Shown: piece by piece, positions 58,195-64,000 of the stretch
Position numbering within the stretch: position 1 is the first letter of the stretch
Layout: each line of letters starts with the position of its first letter
Source: Synergistaceae bacterium
Lineage (GTDB): Bacteria > Synergistota > Synergistia > Synergistales > Synergistaceae
Direction of reading: 5' to 3'
Assembly (NCBI GenBank): GCA_031289955.1
Contig: JAITOL010000150.1
Location: 1,247-65,246 of the forward strand
DNA length: 64,000 nucleotides
Program-made: the position numbers and the translations under genes
Notes under the pieces: generated by a model
What the model was told of the DNA's origin: nothing
Seen by the model: the letters and a program-made list of their open reading frames with translations, nothing else
The model's database searches: none

Positions 58195-59112
58195 TCAAAC
58201 CAAAAATGACAAAAAGTATTCAGGCATGGGAGATATAACTTCGAGACCCTCTATGCCGCGCAAAACCTCGTCCGCTGGAAACGTGAGCGAATAAGCGTGC
58301 AGCAGCGGACGGGAAGCGTCCTCCGCGCCCCGTCCGAGGCCGTATTTTCTGTCGCCCGCTATGGGATACCCGGACAGAGAGAGATGAGCTCTCGCCTGAT
58401 GTGGTCGCCCCGTTACGAGTTCTATTTCAAGCAGGGAATACCGTCCGTTGCCGTCGAGACGCCAAAACCTCGTCAGCGCGTCGAGCCCGTTCTCCCCGGG
58501 CCGGGCCGGCCTGACTCGATTTACTTTCCCGTCCTTGACGAGGGATATGGCTATCTCCCCCGCGTCCGGAGGGCGCCCGCGAACGACGGCCCTGTATTTT
58601 TTCGTTATCTCTCCTGCCTGCATATGATCGGACAGAGCGCGGAGGGCGGGATATGTCAGAGCGATAGCCTCGACTCCGGAGACGTTGCGGTCGAGACGCC
58701 CTATCAGGGCCGGCCTGAAATCGTTTCGTTCCCACCCGAGTATCCCCCATGCCCTCGTGATTACGGAATCCCCATCCGCCCTGTCCGGCTGGGAGAGAAG
58801 CCCGGCGGGCTTATCGACGCACCACAGAAATTCGTTCGTAAACAGCGTCGATAATTCAGAGTTCGGGCGAATGGCGGTTTTTTGCGATACCTTCGCCTCT
58901 TCTTCACGCCCCCATCGCGTCGACACCTCGTCGCCCTCCGACAGGCGGACGTCGCCAGCGGCCCTGCGCCCGTTCACGCGCACGGAACCGTTGCGTATCG
59001 CCTTCATGACGGCGCTAAGGGGAACGTCTTTGAAAAGTCCGCGCAGCACGCGATCCAGGCGTCTGTCAGCCTGGTCCGCCGTCGCGCGGAAACGGCATGG
59101 GTCAGATTTCAT
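58195..59112 (-). CDS. RluA-family 23S rRNA pseudouridine synthase with an S4 domain
   Basis: 305 aa with an N-terminal S4-like region (RLDRVLRGLF...VRVNGR) and the catalytic motif IGRLDRNVSG. Confidence 0.88.
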   Translation of the reverse strand: MKSDPCRFRATADQADRRLDRVLRGLFKDVPLSAVMKAIRNGSVRVNGRRAAGDVRLSEGDEVSTRWGREEEAKVSQKTAIRPNSELSTLFTNEFLWCVDKPAGLLSQPDRADGDSVITRAWGILGWERNDFRPALIGRLDRNVSGVEAIALTYPALRALSDHMQAGEITKKYRAVVRGRPPDAGEIAISLVKDGKVNRVRPARPGENGLDALTRFWRLDGNGRYSLLEIELVTGRPHQARAHLSLSGYPIAGDRKYGLGRGAEDASRPLLHAYSLTFPADEVLRGIEGLEVISPMPEYFLSFLV

Positions 59113-60166
59113 CGGGCGCGGTCTCTTCGGGCCTCCAGAAGCGTCTTTGCGCCGCGTGATGAAAAGCGGAGATATTTTGCCCGGGCGCCATCTCGGACGT
59201 CGCGCCCTTCCAGCAAAAGAGCTTGAAATCGAGCTCGTCAGCCGACGCGACTATCAGAGCTTCGAGCGTCGCCGGCAGCACAGGCGATCCGAATTCCTTC
59301 TGACCATGGTGACTCAGCAGTATATGCCCTATATGAGTGACAATCCTGGGCGGCAGTTCCGCCTCCGCGGCAAGCCTGACGAACTCGGCGTATCCTATGG
59401 CGATATGGTCCAGCACAGCGCCCTGAAGCGTTATCTCCGGAACCGGCGACATGGCGTACGACGCGACCTTCCCGATGTCGTGCAGCAGCGCGCCCGCTAT
59501 GACTATGGACACGTCGATTGATGGGTAGAAATTTTTGTAATGTGAGGCGACGGCGCGGGCCGTCTCCGTGACCGCTATCGAGTGCTCGAGCAGGCCATGC
59601 GCGTAAGCGTGATGGTTCATGACGGCGGCCGGGGACACCCTGAACGCTTTTCCAAGCGGCGTATCGAAGATGAAGCTGAGAAAGTCCCTTATAACCGGCG
59701 AACAGGCTTCTATGAGAGCCTCCAGGCGCGAATCGAGCACCGGAAGAGGTATATCCGAGTGAGCTATAAATTTCGAGGCGGGGAATTTTTCCTGATCCAG
59801 CAGAGATATAGCGTTGAAATTATGCTGTACCTGTCCCCTGTAGTCGGCGGTTTTGCCGGTGACCCCCACGACAAAACCCCTCAATTCGTTTACCCTTTGT
59901 TCGGAAAGGGACGCGGGACGGCTTTCAAGCTCGGGCGTCGAACGATCCCACCAGCCCGCGTCCGCCCACACTTTTGCCGACAACATCCCATGTTCGTCGG
60001 AGACGGTCATCTCCCAGTAGGGTTTTCCGTTTTTGTCCGTCTTCCTTTGTATGGCGTTAACCACATATATGCCTTTGAACATCTCTCCGGGAGCGAGCTG
60101 TCTCGCGTCCGACGTTCGCAGCAGTTTCGCCGAAGCCTGAGGTGACGATGAAGTCTGAGATGACAT
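59102..60166 (-). CDS. OB-fold plus HD-domain protein (YhaM-like 3'-5' exoribonuclease)
   Basis: OB-like N-domain (IYVVNAIQRKTDKNGKPYWEMTVSDEHG) and HD motifs (HHAYAHGLLEHS, ALLHDIGKV). The ORF-track start (60253) overlaps thrS. The ATG at 60166 has AAAGGA 8 nt upstream. The exact start is uncertain. Confidence 0.8.
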   Translation of the reverse strand: MSSQTSSSPQASAKLLRTSDARQLAPGEMFKGIYVVNAIQRKTDKNGKPYWEMTVSDEHGMLSAKVWADAGWWDRSTPELESRPASLSEQRVNELRGFVVGVTGKTADYRGQVQHNFNAISLLDQEKFPASKFIAHSDIPLPVLDSRLEALIEACSPVIRDFLSFIFDTPLGKAFRVSPAAVMNHHAYAHGLLEHSIAVTETARAVASHYKNFYPSIDVSIVIAGALLHDIGKVASYAMSPVPEITLQGAVLDHIAIGYAEFVRLAAEAELPPRIVTHIGHILLSHHGQKEFGSPVLPATLEALIVASADELDFKLFCWKGATSEMAPGQNISAFHHAAQRRFWRPEETAPDEI

Positions 60167-60224
60167 TGAAACCATCCTTTCAGGAGCAATTGGCGTTATT
60201 TTAACATGACACAGGCGCGCCCTG

Positions 60225-60254
60225 TTGCGCAAAAAATTCATGGGGTGATACAAT
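60225..60254 (+). promoter_or_regulatory. Candidate thrS promoter
   Basis: TTGCGC (60225-60230), an 18-nt spacer, then TACAAT (60249-60254) preceded by TGA (extended -10 style). About 50 nt upstream of the thrS ATG. Confidence 0.45.
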
Positions 60255-60304
60255 ATGGAATCGGAGAATATTCGATAGTGATGTTCTCGGGAGGAGACGA
60301 CGCC

Positions 60305-62200
60305 ATGCCCCGATACGAGGGACCGGAAAATAAAATATTTGAGTTTTCAGGAGAGACCACTCCTTTTGAAATTTTCAAGGAATGGAACATCAAGGGGGCT
60401 ATAGCCGCTAAAATAGGAGGGCGAGCCGCAGATCTGCACTCCAAAATAACGGGCGGCGGAGTCCTCGAACCTATAACGCCGGAAACGAGCGAGGGCCTCG
60501 ACCTGATCAGGCACTCGACGTCGCATCTCATGGCGCAGGCCATAACGAGGCTCTACCCCGGCGCGAAATTCGGCGTCGGTCCGTCCATTCAGGACGGTTT
60601 TTACTACGACGTCCTCTTCCCGAAAGCCATAACGGACGACGACCTGCCGGTCATAGAGGCCGAAATGAAAAAGCTCGCGGGCGAAAAATTCCGCATCGAA
60701 CGCGTCGAGATGACGTCACCGGAAGCTCTGGAGAAGTTCGCCGACGATCAGTTCAAAGTCGAGCTAATAAACGATATAGGAGCGCCGACAGTGTCGCTTT
60801 ACGGACAGGGAGAGTTCTGGGATCTATGCCGGGGCCCGCACGTCCCCAATACAGGATACCTGAAGCATTTCAGGCTCATGTCGCTGGCGGGCGCGTACTG
60901 GCGCGGAAACGAGAAAAACGTCATGCTCACCAGAATTTACGGGACGGCCTTCGCCGACGCCGAATCGCTGGCTGGTTATCTGAACATGATGGAAGAGGCC
61001 AAACGCCGAGACCACAGGAAACTCGGCAGGGAACTCGACCTCTTCAGTTTTCAGCCCGAGGGCCCCGGTTTTCCATTCTTCCACCCCAAGGGCATGGTCA
61101 TAATGAACACCCTTGTCGATTTCTGGCGCAAAGAGCACACAAAGCGGGGGTACAGCGAGATAAAGACCCCGCTCATCCTTGATCGGGAGCTCTGGCAGCG
61201 TTCAGGACACTGGGATCACTACCGCGAAAACATGTACTTCACGGAGATCGACGAACGCCCATACGCCATAAAACCGATGAATTGTCCGGGAGGCATACTC
61301 GTCTACAAGACGTCGCGCAAAAGCTACAGGGAGCTTCCTCTCCGGATGGCCGAACTCGGAATCGTTCACAGGCACGAACGTTCCGGCGTGCTGCACGGCC
61401 TCATGAGGGTGAGATGCTTCACCCAGGACGACGCTCATATCTACTGCACCTCCGATCAGATAGGCGCGGAACTCAAGAAGGTGATAGACCTCGACAAATA
61501 CGTCTACGACGTGTTCGGTTTCCAGTTCAGCGTGGAACTGTCGACTAGGCCGGAAAATTCCATGGGAGACCCGGAGCTGTGGACTCTCGCCGAGCAAAAG
61601 CTTCAGGAGATTCTGGAGGAGACCAGAACCCCTTACAGGATAAACCCCGGCGATGGCGCTTTCTACGGGCCCAAGATAGACTTTCACCTGAGGGACAGCA
61701 TAGGCCGTACATGGCAGTGCGGCACAGTTCAGCTCGACTTCCAGCTGCCGGAAAAATTCGACATGACGTACATAGGAAACGACGGCGCGGAGCACAGACC
61801 GGTGATGCTTCACAGGACGATACTGGGCAGCCTCGAGCGTTTCATGGGCATCCTCGTGGAGCATTACGCCGGAGCTTTCCCATACTGGATAGCCCCCGTG
61901 CAGGCGAGGATAATACAGGTAAACCCGGAGCACGAGGATTACGCGCTGAAGATAGAGGACATCCTCAAAAATATGGGCGTCCGCGTGGAGCGGGATTCGC
62001 GCGACGAGAAGCTGGGCAAAAAGATAAGGGACGCCCAGCTGGAAAAAGTGCCGTACATGCTTGTAGTGGGCGCGAAAGAAGTCGAATCCAACTCCGTTTC
62101 GGTGCGCACGAGGACCGGAGGCGACATAGGGTCGCGCGGCATAGAGGAACTGACCGCCATGCTGGAATCCGAGTTCAAGCCGGAAGCGATGCGACAATAG
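60305..62200 (+). CDS. thrS: Threonine--tRNA ligase
   Basis: TGS domain, second additional domain, class II core and anticodon-binding domain (RRDHRKLGRELDLF). Start moved to the ATG at 60305, with GGGAGGAG 8 nt upstream. The ORF-track start is 60206. Confidence 0.95.
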   Translation: MPRYEGPENKIFEFSGETTPFEIFKEWNIKGAIAAKIGGRAADLHSKITGGGVLEPITPETSEGLDLIRHSTSHLMAQAITRLYPGAKFGVGPSIQDGFYYDVLFPKAITDDDLPVIEAEMKKLAGEKFRIERVEMTSPEALEKFADDQFKVELINDIGAPTVSLYGQGEFWDLCRGPHVPNTGYLKHFRLMSLAGAYWRGNEKNVMLTRIYGTAFADAESLAGYLNMMEEAKRRDHRKLGRELDLFSFQPEGPGFPFFHPKGMVIMNTLVDFWRKEHTKRGYSEIKTPLILDRELWQRSGHWDHYRENMYFTEIDERPYAIKPMNCPGGILVYKTSRKSYRELPLRMAELGIVHRHERSGVLHGLMRVRCFTQDDAHIYCTSDQIGAELKKVIDLDKYVYDVFGFQFSVELSTRPENSMGDPELWTLAEQKLQEILEETRTPYRINPGDGAFYGPKIDFHLRDSIGRTWQCGTVQLDFQLPEKFDMTYIGNDGAEHRPVMLHRTILGSLERFMGILVEHYAGAFPYWIAPVQARIIQVNPEHEDYALKIEDILKNMGVRVERDSRDEKLGKKIRDAQLEKVPYMLVVGAKEVESNSVSVRTRTGGDIGSRGIEELTAMLESEFKPEAMRQ

Positions 62201-62294
62201 CATATGTTGATTACGCGGGAGCGGACGTAAAAAGACTCCCGTCCGATCCGCTATAATTACCTTGAACGACGATTATGATGAGGAGGAGATTGTC

Positions 62295-62528
62295 ATGTTG
62301 GCTGAATTGCGCGCGAAGTCGCAAATTACCCTTCCGAAAGCCCTTGTCGATAAGTTGGGATTGTCCGTTGGCGACAAACTCGATATTTTCGAAAAAGAAG
62401 GCGCGATACACATGAAGCCTTTAATCGTTGCCTGGCCGAAAGAATTTGTAAACCTTAACGGCTCAATTGACGATGATACGTTCGCGGAACCGGAAGAAAT
62501 TCCATTTGTGGACAGAGGATTGTTTTGA
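62295..62528 (+). CDS. vapB: AbrB/SpoVT-fold antitoxin (VapB-like)
   Basis: ELRAKSQITLPKALVDKLGLSVGDKLDI is a swapped-hairpin AbrB/MazE-type motif. The ATG at 62295 follows AGGAGGAG with a 6-nt spacer. The stop overlaps the vapC TTG start. Confidence 0.85.
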   Translation: MLAELRAKSQITLPKALVDKLGLSVGDKLDIFEKEGAIHMKPLIVAWPKEFVNLNGSIDDDTFAEPEEIPFVDRGLF

Positions 62529-62926
62529 GCTATTTTCTCGATACCAATATTTGCATTTACTATATGAATGGGAAATCCTTGTCCCTCACAAAAAATTTGT
62601 GGTCACACCAGCCACAGGAAATAAAACTTTCTTCCGTAGTTGTCGCGGAACTTTTTTACGGCGTTAAAAAGAGCGTCAAATACATCGCAAACATCTCAAA
62701 ATTGGAGATTTTTTTGAAACCGCTCGAAATTATCCCTTTTGACGCAGGGGCGGCGGAATATTATGGGGACATTCGTGCCTCTTTGGAACCCAAGGGCAAA
62801 ATTATCGGCGGAAACGATATGATGATTGCCGCAACCGTGCTGTCAAGAGGCGGAATTCTGGTGACCAACAACACAAAAGAATTTTTACGCGTCGAAAATC
62901 TCAACGTCGAGAATTGGGCTGATTAA
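62525..62926 (+). CDS. vapC: PIN-domain toxin VapC
   Basis: 133 aa with the acidic PIN positions FLDTN (Asp6), VVAEL (Glu), GGNDMMIAA (Asp) and VTNN near the C-terminus. Confidence 0.88.
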   Translation: MSYFLDTNICIYYMNGKSLSLTKNLWSHQPQEIKLSSVVVAELFYGVKKSVKYIANISKLEIFLKPLEIIPFDAGAAEYYGDIRASLEPKGKIIGGNDMMIAATVLSRGGILVTNNTKEFLRVENLNVENWAD

Positions 62927-63069
62927 GCAACGCGCAAATCATATAATGCTTCGACATTGCCAAAGTTAGGAATAACACAGCGTTTCTCCCGGCTCTTGTG
63001 ATAATATATGAGGCGGCGGCACATTCATGATTCTGTAAAATTTCTGAACTTATCAGCGGCGCGAGGAAA

Positions 63070-64000
63070 ATGGTGACAGCGCGAAAAATAATCCACATCG
63101 ACATGGACGCGTTTTACGCTTCGATAGAACAGCGGGATAACCCGGAATTCAGGGGCAAACCCCTCGCTGTCGGGCGGGCGGCCGAACGCGGAGTTGTCGC
63201 GGCCGCGAGTTATGAGGCGAGAAAATGGGGCGTGAGGTCGGCAATGCCGTCGCTCTCGGCAATGAACAAATGCCCGGAACTCATCTTCGTTCCTGCCCGT
63301 TTCGACGTTTACAAGGCTGTATCCCTGCAAATACGGCGGATATTCCTCGATTACACCGATCTTATGGAGCCTCTCTCGTTGGATGAAGCGTATCTCGACG
63401 TCACAGAGAACAAGCGCGGCATAGCGTCCGCCACCCGGATAGCCGAAGAGATACGCCGCAGAGTGCTGGCGGAGACGGAGCTCACAGCCTCCGCCGGAGT
63501 CTCCGTCAACAAATTCATCGCGAAAATCGCTTCCGACTACAAAAAACCAAACGGCCTTTTCGTGGTTCGCCCGGAGGAAACCGAGGCGTTCGCGGAGACG
63601 CTCAAAATAGAACAATTCTGGGGAATAGGCAAGGTCACCGCCGACAAGATGCACAGCATGAACATTCATACCGGTCTGGACCTGAAACGATACAGCGAGG
63701 ACGAACTGAAACGCATGTTCGGCAAGGCGGGACACGCGTATTACCTTAACGCCAGGGGCGACGACGACCGCGAGGTCGTGCCGGACCGCGCCCGCAAATC
63801 GCTCGGCGCCGAGACCACGTTCACGTCGGATATACGCGGCATGGAGGAGCTGACGTCGCGCATGTGGAATATAGCCCAAGAGGTCTGGGACAGGTTGTCG
63901 AGACATTTTTTCGCGGGACGGACCGTGACGTTGAAGCTGAAGTACGCGGATTTTCGCGAGAAGACGAGACGTAAAACGCTTCCGGTCGCCATAGACAAAT
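63070..64000 (+). CDS. dinB: DNA polymerase IV (partial, continues beyond the window)
   Basis: Not in the ORF track because no stop falls inside the window. The translation from the ATG at 63070 reads MVTARKIIHIDMDAFYASIEQRDNPEFRGKPLAVG...SLDEAYLDVT, the Y-family polymerase signature. Confidence 0.92.
   Translation, partial: MVTARKIIHIDMDAFYASIEQRDNPEFRGKPLAVGRAAERGVVAAASYEARKWGVRSAMPSLSAMNKCPELIFVPARFDVYKAVSLQIRRIFLDYTDLMEPLSLDEAYLDVTENKRGIASATRIAEEIRRRVLAETELTASAGVSVNKFIAKIASDYKKPNGLFVVRPEETEAFAETLKIEQFWGIGKVTADKMHSMNIHTGLDLKRYSEDELKRMFGKAGHAYYLNARGDDDREVVPDRARKSLGAETTFTSDIRGMEELTSRMWNIAQEVWDRLSRHFFAGRTVTLKLKYADFREKTRRKTLPVAIDK

Noticed and set aside
60167-60304. T-box or other leader upstream of thrS (likewise for cysS at 53241-53373, and upstream of serS and gltX), and the near-palindrome ACAGGCGCGCCCTGT (60211-60225).
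   Set aside because: The leaders are only about 50 nt (thrS) or shorter. They have no specifier-loop or antiterminator architecture and no T-box sequence. serS and gltX have no leader at all. The palindrome is imperfect and could be chance in a GC-rich stretch between divergent promoters.
62215-62251. Stem structure after thrS (GCGG-GAG-CGGACG...CGTCCG-AT-CCGC) considered as a terminator.
   Set aside because: The helix is interrupted, the loop is 12 nt and there is no T-run; it is followed by TATAATTACC. It may be a weak terminator or part of the vapBC promoter context, so it was not called.
63030-63069. LexA/SOS box upstream of dinB (CTGAACTTATCAG at about 63044-63056).
   Set aside because: It matches neither CTGT-N8-ACAG nor CGAAC-N4-GTTCG. 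Only a 4-bp inverted repeat with one GAAC half-site is present.
63025-63906. 293-aa minus-strand ORF at the right end.
   Set aside because: It is antisense to dinB. The plus-frame translation of dinB (HIDMDAFYASIEQRD..., SLDEAYLDVT) is unambiguous. dinB is missing from the ORF track only because it has no stop inside the window.

Overview
This is a core chromosomal segment of a moderately high-G+C bacterium. Hand counts of sample lines give about 55-60% G+C. I call about 60 protein genes. I saw no rRNA, tRNA, CRISPR array, transposase or integrase. From 220 to about 60166 every gene except cysS is on the minus strand, and the genes are packed with many 1-4 nt start/stop overlaps.

In transcription order (right to left) the minus-strand genes are:
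- an OB/HD YhaM-like nuclease and a pseudouridine synthase
- gdh
- ispG
- a signal-peptide-bearing nitroreductase-fold protein (cysS lies opposite, closed by a bidirectional terminator)
- uvrC-ribD-ribE-ribBA-ribH-serS
- a fusion of a degenerate MraY/WecA-like membrane domain to a TagA/WecG glycosyltransferase
- ybaB-recR
- yacL-ispDF
- an RlpA-like protein
- gltX-guaB and a small acidic ORF
- rimP-nusA-ylxR-ylxQ-infB-rbfA-nrnA-truB-ribF
- a complete dcw cluster (mraZ-rsmH-ftsL-ftsI-murE-murF-mraY-murD-ftsW-murG-murC-murB-ftsQ-ftsA-ftsZ), extended by a radical-SAM gene and a SPOR-domain gene
- moaA-moaC-mogA
- rapZ-yvcK-whiA plus a glycogen debranching enzyme
- gap-pgk-tpiA

The right end, on the plus strand, carries thrS, a low-G+C vapBC toxin-antitoxin pair and the 5' part of dinB.

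I found no clear-cut new defence or mobile system. The observations most worth a second look are:
- the catalytically degenerate MraY-like::TagA fusion
- the radical-SAM/SPOR pair appended to ftsZ
- a 20-bp-phased triple GTGG-type repeat that looks like a MraZ operator
- a promoter-terminator leader in front of rimP-nusA
- a membrane-anchored YvcK
- a rib operon with no room for an FMN riboswitch

Several ORF-track starts were trimmed where they overlapped upstream genes and a better internal start with a Shine-Dalgarno sequence exists. Product calls rest on motifs read by eye. No searches were run.
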